Part shown: positions 1-13,147 of the stretch, piece by piece | Layout of the letters: each line of letters starts with the position of its first letter | Position numbering within the stretch: the first letter of the stretch is position 1 | Assembly (NCBI GenBank): GCA_043228905.1 | Contig: JBHGNT010000006.1 | Location: forward strand, 10,850,001-10,914,000 | Length of the DNA stretch: 64,000 bases | Origin: Azolla caroliniana | Lineage: Eukaryota; Plantae; Polypodiophyta | Direction: 5' to 3' | The notes under the pieces: model-generated | Seen by the model: the letters and a program-made list of their open reading frames with translations, nothing else | The model's database searches: none | Told to the model about the DNA's origin: nothing | Made by a program: the position numbers and the translations under genes

Positions 1-1797
1 CCTGAAACTCTTTGAAGACCGACAACACCTTATCTTTCGACTTTAGCACAAAAGCCCACAACTTTCTACTGTAGTCGTCGATGAATGTCACAAACTATTA
101 TCCACCACGATGCGATGAAGCATCCACGTAGCACACATCCGTGTGGACCAATTCTAGTGCACATTCTCTCTTCTTTGGTGGTCTTGAGTGGAATGTTGCT
201 CTGTTTTGCTTTCCGACCAAGTAGTCGACACACTTCTCCAAGTGCACTCCTTCCACTTCTGGAAAGAGTTTCTGGTTGGCTAGGATATGTATTCCCGTCT
301 CCCTCATATGGCCAAGACTCTTATGCCATATCTCTCCACTAGAGTTGGAAACCACATTTGCTTTATCCTTGCACAACTCGGCTAGCATCATATACAATGT
401 GCCTTGTTTCTGTGCTCGGGCCACTATGACGTTCCCCCTATTGAGAATTGAGGCCGTTAGTGCGGAAACATAAACAACATCTTACGATGAAGATCACTAG
501 GTTAGCATGTGTAAGCAAGATCACCAGCCTTCAACTTTCGACCGGATTCCCTTTTAGCCCTGGCCTGAAATTCTTTGAAGACTGACAACACTTGATCTTT
601 CGACTTTAGCACGAAAGCCCACAACTTTCTACTGTAGTTGTCGATGAATGTCACAAACTATTATCCACCACGATGCAATGAAGCATCCACGTAGCACACA
701 TCCATGTGGACCAATTCTAGTTCACATTCTCTCCTCTTTGGTGGTCTTGAGTGGAATGTTACTCTGTTCTACTTTGCGACCAACTAGTCGACACACTTCT
801 CCGAGTGCACTCCTTTCACTTTTGGAAAGAGTTTCTGGTCGACTAGGCTATGCATTCCCGTCTCGCTCATATGGCCAAGACTATTATGCCATATCTCTCC
901 ACTAGAGTCGACAACCACATTTGCTTTATCCTTGCACAACTCGGCTTGCATCATATACAATGTGCTTTGTATCTGTGCTTGGGCCACTATGACATTCCCC
1001 CTATTGAGAATTGAGGTCGTCAGTGCAGAAACATAAACCACATCTTACGATGAAGATCACGAGGTTAGCATGTGTAAGCAAGATCAACTGCCTTCAACTT
1101 TCAACCGAATTCCATTTTAGCCTTGGCTTGAAATTCTTTGAAGATTGACAACACCTTATCCTTCGACTTTAGCACGAAAGCCCACAACTTTCTAACTGTA
1201 GTCGTCGATGAATGTCACAAAGTATTATCCACCACGATGTGATGAAGCATCCACGTAGCACACATCCATGTGGACCAATTCCAGTGCACATTCTCTCCTG
1301 TTTGGTGGTCTTGAGTGGAATGTTGCTCTGTTCTGCTTTCCGACCAAGTAGTCGACACACTTCTCCAAGTGCACTCCTTTCACTTTTGGAAAGAGTTTCT
1401 GGTCGGCTAGGATATGCATTCCCCTCTCACTCATATGGCCAAGACTATTTGTTGTTGGGGTGGGGGGGTGAAGCCTAGAATGGGTTCACCCCCCTTCCCA
1501 AGGGGATTACAATAGAGAGAGCTAAGGAGAGTGAAAATACAAGATGACACCAAAAATGAGGGGAAAAAGCTATGTTCATTACATGCCTCATAAGGGGTTT
1601 ATATAATACAAAATGCAACAGTAAATAATAACCGTTACAAAAGAGACGACCGTTACACTCTTGTCACATGCACATAATTGTGCATGTGCTCACACATACT
1701 CATCTTCACACACTCATATAGATATTACACATACCGAACAACCCCTTCAATGTGTTTTACCCTTATGCCGCCCCATACAAATCCTACGGGTAACACA

Positions 1798-1837
1798 TGG
1801 CACGCTTGTGGGAGAGTGCATCGCACGGTGAACCCAC
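1798..1837 (+). other. 40-nt inverted tRNA-Arg PBS plus T-arm box at the PPT position (copy 1)
   Basis: TGGCACGCTTGTGGGAGAGTGCATCGCACGGTGAACCCAC, 2 nt inside the LTR end. Aligns without gaps to 29740-29779 and 31081-31120. Confidence 0.8.
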
Positions 1838-2239
1838 TGGCCATGGCAACTATTAACGACCGAAACTCCATCGGTTGTCTCAATGGTCGGAAATCCATCA
1901 ACCGGATCATAGCTCTACGATCGGAGCATTGCTTGACTCGAACCTTCTCATTCGGTCAGCATAGCATGTCGCTCAATTGGATCACACACCAATTGGCTCC
2001 TCCATTGTGGCATGGGCCTTTCATGATTCTGTCACATGTATGTGTATTTTTCGGTTTCATCATGTGAATTGAGCTTTGTATTTTGTACACTTGGTCTCTA
2101 AAATTTTTACCCTCAAGTTTTTTGAAATTTTATTTTTTGCCCTTTAATATTCAAACTTTTGTATTCTAACTTCCAATTTTTGAAATTTTCTCTTCATACC
2201 CCTCTTCTCTTTCTTCTTATCTCTTTGTCTTTTGCTTGT

Positions 2240-2610
2240 CTATCTTCGCGGTTGTCACTCGGCCGTACTCTTGGTCACGTTCCTGGGCCGTACTCTTAGG
2301 TGCGAGTCTCAATCGTGCTTCTCGGTCGTGCTTCGGTGCCGCACTCTCAACTGCATGTCTCAGCCGTCTTTTCGACCACGCGTCTAGACCGCGCTTCTCG
2401 ACCGTACTCTCGACCACGCATCTCGACCGTATTCTCGGCAGTGCTCTCGGCCACACGTCTTGGTTGTACTTCTCGGTCGTGCATCTCGACCATATTCTGG
2501 TCCGCGCGTTTTGGCCACGTGTCTCTGCCATACTCTTGGTCGCGCGTCTCTAGCGGCATCGGCCATCTCCGCGCCTTTGTGTTCGGCCGAGTCTCTCGTG
2601 TCCCCAGCCA
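2240..2610. repeat. Degenerate short tandem repeats (CTCGGCCG/CTCGACCG-based) in the 3' internal region of the non-autonomous element
   Basis: Recurring tctcgaccg/ctcggccg/actcttggtc motifs; these produce overlapping low-complexity ORFs on both strands. Confidence 0.7.
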
Positions 2611-3189
2611 TCTCTTTTGCTCTCTTGGCTTCCATATTATCTGTGAGAAGAGGGGTTGCTTCCCATAGTGATGTGTCCACCTCGTCATAGCTATGTGTGC
2701 ACCTTCACATGTCGGTCTCTGTCTGTCTCTGTCTTCTTTTTATTTTATTTTACTTTCTTGTCCTATTTTGATTTCTCTGCGTCTTGCCTCTTCTTCTTCC
2801 TTTTCTTTGTCTGTCTTTTTTGTGTGTGTGACTGTTTGTATCCGCTGGCCGTTTCTACTCAGTTGGCTATCCATCGATCTGGGACCGTTTGTCTGGCGGT
2901 TGTTGGACTGATCGTCCAGCCGGCTGTCGGCCGTCTCCGTCAGAGCCTATTGTCGTCTCTCCATTTGGCTCGTTGACTGTGTTCGAGGGCGTCTATGTCC
3001 GCCAGCCATTCACATCTACTCGGCCGTCTCTGCCACCAGTGGATATCTTTGTCCGGCCGACCGTCTATCTAGTCGTTGTCATGTGTTATCTTTGTTGTTG
3101 CTTGTGCGGTTGTCCCTCATCATCTGGTTATACTCCTTGATCGTCTTCGTCTTCATACTCGCCTTCTTCATGGTTTTCTTCTTGTACAT

Positions 3190-3744
3190 CTACTTTGATC
3201 CTTTCCTCTTCTTCCTCATCATCAGAAACCTCCTTAGTCGCATACAGAGATGGTTTCTCCTCCAAGAGGTTCTCCATTGCCCTTTGTCACCATGAACGAG
3301 CCACCTGCTTGGGATTCCCAGATCCATTGATCATCGTCATTATGTTTGGTAATGATAACCACCTTCTTTGCTACCATATAGGCAGAGTAGAAACGAACCC
3401 CAAATTGTCTGATCATACTTACATCAACACCTACAACAAGAGCTTCCATGAAATCTTTGGTGCCTGAGCGGGCAATGTTACCAAGGTTGTTCACAGGATC
3501 TTCTTTGTTCATGCCAATACCACTATCAATGATTGCATGAGTGTTAGAGGACTTGTCGGGGATAACATGAAGGAAGAGTTCTGGTTGAGAGTAAGATTTG
3601 CTCTTATTAGTTAGGCTCTCAAATAGAATCTTGTCCGGAGCATCGGAGGAGTTACTAATGAGTTCACGCAAGAAGGTGTCGATAATGAGGCTGAGAAGCT
3701 AGTTGACTAAGCCTGGAAGGTAAGGTCTTGGTTTCGGCTGCCAT
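3190..3744 (-). pseudogene. HSP90: Captured, degenerate cytosolic HSP90 N-terminal (ATPase domain to charged linker) fragment
   Basis: ATG at 3744 (MAAETK..), then [75 protein letters not shown], then KEVSDDEEEEE. Contains frameshifts and internal deletions. Confidence 0.93.
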
Positions 3745-3843
3745 AACCAGAGAGCTTAGCAAGATAGAAAACCCAGAAAAGAAGTAGCAAAAAACAAATA
3801 GGAAATGGATCAAAGACGCAAAAGTGTATTAGATGGTGACGGG

Positions 3844-4071
3844 TTCTATGAGGGTTCTGGAATATCTTAGTGCGTCAAGTATTTGCAGAGATCATATTCT
3901 TGTTAATGGAGCATGGAGCTCTCTAATATCAAAGTGCACGGTGTCTCTAACAGACAATAAGTGTGAGATTCTCTAACAAACTGCACATAGGCAAGGGCTT
4001 GGTCGGAAGCTTCGCAGGAGCGACCTTCTAAGCTTTATGCTCCATGATGGGAGGATGCACATGAAGCTTCC
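3844..4071. promoter_or_regulatory. Heat-shock-element-like units upstream of the HSP90 fragment
   Basis: TTCtgGAA at 3855-3862 and GAAgcTTC at ~4006-4013 and ~4064-4071, 100-330 bp upstream of the HSP90 ATG. Only two-unit HSEs are present. Confidence 0.4.
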
Positions 4072-4445
4072 CAACTAGAGCCATCGATCACCATTCTCAT
4101 CATCACGGAGACGGAGCAAACACGAAGAGTTTTGAGTCACCATTGAGCATCGAGGAAAAATGGTGAAGGACGATGAGGTATCAGGAAACGGGAATAGGAA
4201 CTGGTCATTCTCTACCGTTCAAGAGAGAGATGGCGTCAAAAGAAGACATCATGGTGACTTCGACTTGACGTAGGGAGCGCGACTCTACGCCTGTAGCTAC
4301 GACTAGTGATTGAGTTGTGGCAATGGAAAGCTTCATTTTCCTGAGCGAGATAGAGAGAATATGGGGAGATCTAAGAATGATTTGTGTGCACAAAAGAGAG
4401 AGAGTATGTATGAATGACCTCCTCTCAAGGGCGGGTCATCCGTTA

Positions 4446-4455
4446 GGGTGTGCCA
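4446..4455 (-). other. 5' primer-binding site (tRNA-Arg) of the non-autonomous element
   Basis: TGGCACACCC, 4 nt from the LTR; complementary to the ..GGGUGUGCCA end of plant tRNA-Arg(UCU) as I recall it. Confidence 0.75.
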
Positions 4456-7400
4456 AAAGTGTTGTTGGGGTGGGGGGTGAAGAGAATACAATATGACACC
4501 AAAAATGAGGGGAAAAATCTATCTTCATTACATGCCCCATAAGAGAGAATACAAAATTCTCTCTATTGCAATCCCCATATTGTATTCTCTTCACCCCCCA
4601 CCCCAACAACACTTTTGGCACACTTTTGGCACACCATAAGGGGATTGCAATAGAGAGAGCTAAGGAGAGTGAGAATACAATATGACACCAAAAATGAGGG
4701 GAAAAATCTATCTTCATTACATGCCCCATAAGGGGTTTATATAATACAAAATGTAACGGTAAATAATAACCGTTACAAAAGAGACGACCGTTACACTCTT
4801 GTCACATGCACATAATTGTGCATGTGCTCACACATACTCATCTTCACACACTCATATACATATTACACATACCGAACAACCCCTTCAACGTGTTTTACCC
4901 TTATGCCGCCCCGTACAACTCATACGGGTAACACTATTATGTCATATCTCTCCACTAGAGTCGGCAACCACATTTGCTTTATCCTTGCACAACTTGGCTT
5001 GCATCATATGCAATATGCCTTGTTTCTGTGCTCGGGCCACTATGACGTTCCCCCTATTGAGAATTGAGGTCGTCAGTGCAGAAACATAAACAAAATCTTA
5101 CGATGAAGATCACCAGGTTAGCATGTGTAAGCAAGATCACCAGCCTTCAACTTTCAACCGGATTCCCTTTCAGCCCTGGCCTAAATTCTTTGAAGACCGA
5201 CAACACCTTATCTTTCGACTTTAGCACGAAAGCCCACAACTTTCTACTGTAGTCGTCGATGAATGTCACAAACTATTATCCACCATGATGCAATGAAGCA
5301 TCCACGTAGCACACATCCGTGTGGACCAATTCTGGTGCACATTCTCTCCTCTTTGGTGGTCTTGAGTGGAATGTTGCTCTGTTCTGCTTTCCGACCAAGT
5401 AGTCGACACACTTCTCCAAGTGCACTCCTTTCACTTTTGGAAAGAGTTTTTGGTCGGCTAGGATATGCATTCCCGTCTCGCTCATATGGCCAAGACTCTT
5501 ATGCCATATCTCTCCACTCGAGTCAGCAACCACATTTGCTTTATCCTTGCACAACTTGGCTTGCATCATATACAATGTCCCTTGTTTCTGTGCTCGGGCC
5601 ACTATGACGTTCCCCCTATTGAGAATTGAGGCCGTTAGTGCGGAAACATAAACAACATCTTACAATGAAGATCACTAGGTTAACATCTGTAAGCAAGATC
5701 CAAGAATAAAGAGAGAGAGAGAGAGGCACACAATGTAATAGACTTATTCAGAGAATGGTTTCTATACAATGGAGGCAACAACTCTCTAACAATAGCAACA
5801 ACAACCACCTTATGAGCTAGGTTACAATGCCCTTTAAATACCAATTGGGCTAGGGCAACTGCCCTTTGATATATTTACATAGTTGTCCTAAACATAGATT
5901 GTCCAAGAGTTAGTGTGAATACGGTCATTAAATACTCGTATTCGACACTCCCCCGTAATGGGTGTATACAACAAAAATCTATAGAAAGAATAAATAAGAT
6001 TTACAGATTATACAAAGGTATTGAACATATCAGTTTTGTTCGAGCAGGCAAAATCCGAGAACAGAAAGTCGAATCGGCCGGGGTTAGAAGAACGAAACCC
6101 GAGCTTCGAACTATCGATGTCGATTGTCCGAGAACGTCCTGAATGTCTGACTCAATCGGACCGATTCTTCTCTACTTCCATCTGGTGCCGAAGGGATCAG
6201 AATCAATCTGCCGAAAGACACTTGGTCATCCCATCTGCGACATTGTCGGATATAGATATCTTCTCAAGGCCAAATTTCCCTGAAATGACGCAGTCCCAAA
6301 CAAAGTGATATCAAACGTTGATATGCTTGGAGGCGTTGTACTAAACCAAATTTCTTGATAGAGCAACAACACCCTGTCTGTCGTTGAAGACAACTTGAGC
6401 CGAATTAGAGTCGACTTGTCGAAACGTGTATGCCAGCCCCAACTGAGCCATAAGGCCTCTTTCGTTGCATCGAACGCGGCTACGTATTCGGCGTCAGTCG
6501 TTGATGTGGCAATGCACTCCTGTAATTTCGATTTCCACGAAATCACTTCATTGCCGAATTTGAAACAATATCCAGTTGTCGATTTTCAACTGTCCACACA
6601 ACCAGCAAAGTCTGAGTCAGTGTATCTAACTATGCCATAAATCTACTGATGACTCTAACGACGTCATCAATGTCAAGTTGTGTCGCGACCATCGCGTACA
6701 TCAAGTAGGCGACTGCTAGTGCGTATGGTACTAACTTCAGAACGTCTCCCTCTCGATCAGATGTAGGGCAGTCTCGCTGAGATGCTAGCCGAAGATTAAT
6801 GGGGAGTGGGGTCGAAGTAGATTTGGCCGATTGCATGTTGAAGTGTTCTAGGACACGTCCAATATAGTCAGATTGAGACAGAAACAATCGTCGATTCCGA
6901 TTCCGACTTATCTTCATCTCGAGAATGTATCTTGCAAACCAAGGTCCTTCATGGAAAACTTCAACTGCAGTTGCCGACCAAGTTTGACGAGTTCTCTGGC
7001 ATGTCGACCAGAGAGTACCATGTCGTCCACGTAGATGATGAGGAATATGGGAGACCCATCTTGAGCTATTTTGGTGAAAAGACAGTGGTCCTCATCACTC
7101 TTTGAGAAGCCGACTGATTGGATGAAGTCGTCGAACTTCTTATACCATTGTCGCGGTGCCTATTTCATACCATAAAGACTCTTATTGAGTTGGCAGACTA
7201 GATGTTCCTCGTTGGAAGTCACAAAGTTTTTCGGCTACTCCATATAAATTTCCTCCGCTAGGTCACCATGGAGGAATGTCGTTTTTACATCTAGCTGAAT
7301 CAGCTCCATGTCTGCAGCTGCCATGACGCCAAGCATGAATCGAAGGGTGGTCATTTTCACCACTGGTGAAAAGATTTCCTCGAAGTCGACGCCATATTGC

Positions 7401-7538
7401 TGTCGAAAACTCTTCGCGATTAATTTGGCCTTATACTTGGGGGTGGCTGAATCGGATGTCTCTTTTAATCTATAGATCCATTTGCATGGAAGAGCACGTC
7501 GATTTTTCAGTAATTTTACCAAGTCCCAAGTTTGGTTT

Positions 7539-10500
7539 TATAGAAATAGCGTGCGAAACCTTGTAGACAGAACTGGCTTCACCGGATAGCAACAGAAAAC
7601 AAACACGGGTTTAATGGAGAGCTTGGAACATACAATGTAAATGGGAGAGATAGAGAGAGCAGAACAACATAAAGTCAATTTCAAAAATAATACTCTATAC
7701 ATACAATGTGCTCAGTGAGAACTTTTATGCAAGTCCTTAAAAGGACCGACAGAAGTATTGACATGTACTTCAATTCTCATATGAGCGACTGACACTGACT
7801 CCTAAAAATATGCCTACGTAGTAGGCTAGGATCATAGGCCTCTAACGACCTACCAATTACAATCCAATCCAACACTTTGATACGGCTCTTGGTTCTGAAT
7901 AACGATCTGCATACCGATCCGGATCTGGTTGAGCTTCTTAGCTCAACTCTCCCCCTCAAGCTCAACTTGAGGTCGGATCGTGGTGTTAGTGTCTGTCGGT
8001 CCTTTCCTGTTGCTCCTCTTAGCGTCTTCCCGCCTTGCTCGCACTCTGCGACCCATCAGGTTCCGCACACCTCGACCTTCTCGGTCGGCTTGTCTGCTCA
8101 TAAGGCCCATATCAACTCCTTCGTTGTTGTGACTCTAGCGCTTCTCGACCCGTCGGTTCCTCCGTGTTGGTGCCAACTTCCGTTGCCTTCTCGTCCATTT
8201 GGCCTTCACCTAATCCGGCTCCTCCAAATCAAACTATTGAACTGAATGGACTGCCTCCGATTCATTCCTGCTCTTGACCGAGTTGGTTGTCTCCAACTCG
8301 TCCTCGATCTTCAGACCCTTGACCACATCAGACCATGTCCAGGTCCTGGACTTCTTCTTCGATCAGCTTTGTCCTTCTTGACTCTACTGGCGTCGCTGCT
8401 AGTTTCGACTTTTTCGAATGTGTCAACTTCTTCAGTCGACTCGGCTCCCTTTTTCTTCTTGTCTCCCCTTGTTTTGGTTGTTTCCTCCTTTTCCTTTCTC
8501 CCCCTCAAGTGTGGCACGTTGAGATGCTGAAGACCAAGCATCTCCAAAAAGTGATGCAACTTGCCAGTTCTAAGTGCCTTCGTGAAGATGTCGGTAACCT
8601 ATCAATCCGTCTGAACATACCAGAGTTTGACTTCACTGCTCAAGACCCGCTCGCGAATAAAGTGATAATGCACTTCTATGTGCTTCGTCCGAGCATGGAA
8701 CACGGGGTTCTTGGATACTTGCATGCTACTCATGTTGTTCAAATAGATCGGGATCGGAGTCGGTACTTCGATCTGGTGGTCTTGCAATAGCCACAGAAGC
8801 CAGATGGCTTCACAGGTGGCGATGGTAGCGCCCCAATACTCAACCTCAGTGCTTAACAAAGCCATTTTTGGCTACTTTTTGTTGCTCCACGCAATAGTCG
8901 TGCTACACTAGAGAAAACATATAACCGAAAGTGGACTAACGATCTGATGCATCACTGGCCTAGTCGACATCTGTATAATCGACTAGTTTTTCGGTTATAC
9001 CGTGTCGGTATAACAGTCCTCGGTCCGTAGTACCGCTAACATACCTGAGTATTCGGTGCACACACTGAAGGTGTTGCGCGGTTGGCTTCTGCATAAACTT
9101 ACTTATCATCCCAACCGGATAGTTGATGTCAGGTCAGGTGATTGTTAAGTAGATAAGGCTTCCGACAATTTTGTCGGAACCGTCTCTTGTTGCAAGCCGG
9201 TCCGGAGTTGGGATGTAGCTTCAGGTTCAGGTCCAGGGGTGTGGACATTGGTCAGCTCTCAGTCATGCCGAACTTGTACAACATACTCAACACATAGTGT
9301 CACTAGGAGAGCAATATGCCATTGGGGGTATGGATCACTTCGATCCCAAGGAAATAATGAAGGTCCCCTAGGTCCATCATTTTGAATGCATTCGACAGTT
9401 GGGACTTCGCTCGGTCGATTTCAGCAAGTCTGGCTCCAGTGATAACTAGATCGTCCACATATAGCAGGATATATACCAGACCTTCCGGACCTTTCCGGAT
9501 AAACAGTGAAGAGTTCAACTTCGAGGCCGCAAACCCCATTTTCTGCGACCATTGCATGATCTTCGAATTCCGAACACGAGGTGCTTGCTTCATGCCGCAA
9601 AGCGATTTCTTGAGTCAGCACACTGTTGCATTGTTCATCTCCGACTCAAAACCGGGGGGTTGGATCATGTAGACCAATCCTTCAAGATCGTCTTGAATGA
9701 ACACATTCTTCATGTCCATTTGGTGAAGATGCCACCCCCTTGCTACAACAACCGCTAGCACCACACGAACCGTCGTCATCTTCGTTACCAGAGCGAAGGT
9801 CTTGTCGTAATCAATTTTTTGGGTCTGCGCATATCCTTTGGCTATTAACCGGACCTTGTACCGGTTGACCGAACCGTCAACATTATACTTTACCTTGTAC
9901 ACCCACTTGCAACCTATCGATTTGCAATGTTGGGGAGGGTCAAATAGGTCCCATGTGTCGTTGGCATCAAGTGCCCGCATTTCTTCCTCCATCGCGGCAT
10001 GCCAATGTGCGTCCTTTACCGCTTCTGCATAGCTCTCCGGCTCACGCACTTCCGCCACTTTCGTCATGTATGCATAGTGATGTGCCATGTACTCATTATA
10101 ACCGTACAATTTTACAAGGTTCTTTTGGCGGGTCAATCAGCGTAACTTCTCATTAGCTGATTTCAAGGCCCTCTTGGCCGACTCGGACTTCGTTCCTAAA
10201 TGTCCGTCTTCATTGCTGCCGGAGTCGGATTCCCTCATTTTCGACTCATCCCTACCGGTGTCGTATTCTGGCATCTTCTTCCCGTTCTCCTTTCGCGTGA
10301 ACCGTCTCCTCGGTTCCTTGCGTGAGGAGGGCATGGTCGAGTCTCCACTACTCGCCGGCTCTTTATCCTGCTGGTCTTTCCAACTCAACTCTTCATTCGG
10401 CCCCCTCAGTCGAAATGAGATCGGACTCTCATTTAGAGTATCGAATCCTTCTTCGTCTTCTGCCCAAGTCATTTTGGGCTCACTGGCCTCAGCATCCAGA

Positions 10501-13147
10501 ATCGGGTCGGAGTCGGGGGTTGGAGTCGGTAGAGAGTACTAGCATGCCGACTCCTCGAATTCAACATCTCAACTCACTCGAACTTGCTTAGTTCGAGGGT
10601 TGTAGCACTTGTACCCCTTCTTCTCATGAGAGTAGCCAACTAGTAGGTGCTTCTCCGACTTTGGGTTCAGCTTTCTCCTCCTCTCATCCGGCATATGCAC
10701 ATAGGCAATGCTTCCGAATATCCTCAAGTGCCTTAAATTTGGCTTCCGCCCGAAATACAGCTCTTGTGCTAACACCTTGTCCCCGATCCGGTTTTGGATG
10801 TAGACAGTCGTCCGGACCGCTTCGGTCCAGTAGAACTTGGGCATGCTCCTCTCTTCCAGCATCGCCGAAGTCCCCTCCACAATCGACCAATTCTTCCTTT
10901 TGACCACACCTTTTTGTTCCGGTGTGTATCTGCAACTGAATTCTCGCCAAATTCCCTTCTGTTGCAAATAACTATTGAATTGGCCGGAAAAGTATTGTTT
11001 TATGCCATCCAACCGTAGCCACTTGAACTTTCTCTCCATTTCCAGAAATAGTCAAAGACCTCGCTTTTCTTCTCGATGAGATCGATCGACATGTGTCGGT
11101 TGTAGTCCTCGATGAAAGAGACGACGTATCGACTCCCGCCAAGACTATCATTCTGTGTCAGTCCCCATACATCCAAATGTATTAAGTCGAGCTTGTTAGT
11201 ACTCTGATTTCTTTCGATGGGGAATGGAAGCCGGTGTTGCTTCCCGAGTTGGCAGGCTTCATATATTTGGGCCTTCTGGCCACTAAATTTCGGCAATCCG
11301 AAAACCACCTATTTTGATTGCAGATCTTGAAGCCTCTGGTAGTTGTCGTGGCCTACGATAAGCCGATGTCCGACTCGACTTTTTTTCCTTTGGTGAATAG
11401 AGCGATGCCAATGTCATTACTGTCGAGAATAAACATCCTCCCATCCTGATGCCCTTCCGCAATGATTTGGCCTTCTTCCTCGATGAAGCACCCGAGATGC
11501 ATAAACAGTACTTGCATCCTCTGGTCAACGACTCGTCCGACCGACACCAGGTTCTTCATGATTGTTGGAACATGTAAAACATTCATTAGCTTTCCCTTTT
11601 GTCCAACATGACCCAGAGAGATTTCTCCAACATGCTCGATCGAGTGAGGGGTGTCGTCTCCAGTTTTGACAACTCACGGCTGCTCCGGTTTTTCCATATA
11701 TGTGAACCACTTTTTGTGGCTCTTCATGTGGTTCGATGCTCCGTAGTCAATGTACGACACTTCCTCTTATTTGGAAGTGGTCTTCTTCATCGAGTTCGAC
11801 TTGTGCTTCATCACAAAGGTTGGTCCTTTTCCGGTTCTAGATCCTTCCGATCCTTCTACGTAGTGCGAGCTCTATCGATTCCCTTGTCCGGCCTTACCAG
11901 ATCCGGATTTATCCAAATCGGCGTGCTTCTTCCAACACTCGCTTTCTCAGTGGCCTTTCTTGCCACAATACCAACATTCTGTATCGGCTTTCGATTGCCG
12001 ATTTCCGGCGCCGCCTTGACCCCCCCTGCTCGTGGAGGGTCCGAAACGGTTGTCAGCTATGTCTCTGTTCCTCCGATTCTACTCTTGTTGGCCACCTCTA
12101 TTGTGTGTCGACCCACCTCATCCTCCACGCCCACAAGGCCAATCTACCTCCGTGTACAACATCCGGTTGTCCGGTTGAGTGGTCCTCGACTTACTCGCAT
12201 GGTTTTCTTCAACCATCAGCATCAACTGCAAGTCAAAGAAGGATGGTGCCTTCTCCTGGGTGCAAATCACTGTCTGAATAGGCCCGTACCTCTGTGCTAG
12301 ACCACTAAGGCAAAACTGCACCATCTCGTCTTCGTCCACCATCACGTTGACGAACCCACATGTGTCGCAAATCTCCTTTATCTTGGTGGCATAGTCCGTA
12401 AGCGGCATGTCTCTTTGCTAGATGTTGTTGAGCTCTTGTCAGAGCTGCAACTTATGGGTTGTGGTACTGGTGGTGAAAATCTTTCTGAGATTTTCCCAGG
12501 ACTCATTCAGCGACTTTGCATCTCTGATGTAGCCAAGCATCTGATCTTGCACATAGGACACGAGACAATATAGCACTCTGCTCGCTCCTTGTTCCCATGC
12601 CGAGAAGTCCTTCTATGTCAAGCTTCTCAGTCGAAAGCGAGCTTGCCATCCCTCTATCCATTTCTTTTCTTTTCGGTTTGGTCTTACCGGAAGTTAGGTT
12701 TCCTCTAGTCTTCTCAGACTTCGTGTCGACAGCTGAGGATTTTCAACCCTCGTGTTCTAATACCATGTAAAAATAGCGTGCGGAAGCTTGTAGACAGAAC
12801 TGGCTTCACTGGATAGCAACAAAAAACAAACACAGGTTTAATGGAGAGCTTGGAACATATAGTGTACACATGAGAGACAAAGAGAGTAGAACAACACAAA
12901 CTCAATTTCAAAAATAATACTCTATACATACAATGTGCTCAATGAGCACTTTTATACAAGTCCTTAAAAGGACTGACAAAAGTACTGACATGTACATCAA
13001 TGCTCATACGAGCGACTGACACTAACTCCTAAAAATATGCATATGTACTAGGCTAGGATCGTAGGCCTCTAACCGACACTAACACTGACCGATCCGGCTT
13101 CGGCTTATTCAGCCGATCTGGATCTAGTTGAGCTTGTCCGCTCAACA
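7539..13147 (-). mobile_element. Copia-C: degenerate Ty1/Copia nested in Copia-B, same family group as Copia-E
   Basis: LTRs 7539-7948 and 12766-13147, TSD GGTTT, degenerate PBS TGGTATTAGAAC. The fragmented gag-pol ORFs (8311-12408) are colinear with the Copia-E polyprotein. Confidence 0.92.

Larger units (their letters stand above)
1450..4933 (-). mobile_element. Non-autonomous LTR retroelement (TRIM/LARD-like, related to the Gypsy at 29227-46282) carrying an HSP90 fragment
   Basis: LTRs 1450-1795 and 4460-4933 (TGTTG...TAACA), perfect TSD CTATT (1445-1449, 4934-4938), PBS TGGCACACCC at 4446-4455 (-), no gag/pol. LTR blocks GCCTAGAATGG..CCAAGGGG and CACATGCACA..TGTGCATGTG are shared with the Gypsy LTRs. 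Confidence 0.9.
1..5700. repeat. Tandem array of ~563-bp units, at least 4 copies, interrupted by the 1450-4933 element
   Basis: Unit marker 'ccccc|tattgagaattgagg' at 439, 1002, 5055 and 5617. Near-identical ORF translations at 85, 648, 1212 and 5263. Each unit is ~480 bp of Copia-H pre-integrase/integrase plus ~83 bp of the Copia-B LTR end. Confidence 0.93.

Noticed and set aside
1798-1837. tRNA gene or SINE at the 40-nt motifs
   Set aside because: Only the T-arm and 3' acceptor strand plus CCA are present; there is no recognisable D-arm/A-box or anticodon arm upstream.
11599-12300. Long + strand ORFs over Copia-C and Copia-E (also 36511-37811)
   Set aside because: Antisense shadows of GC-rich gag-pol with no recognisable domains.
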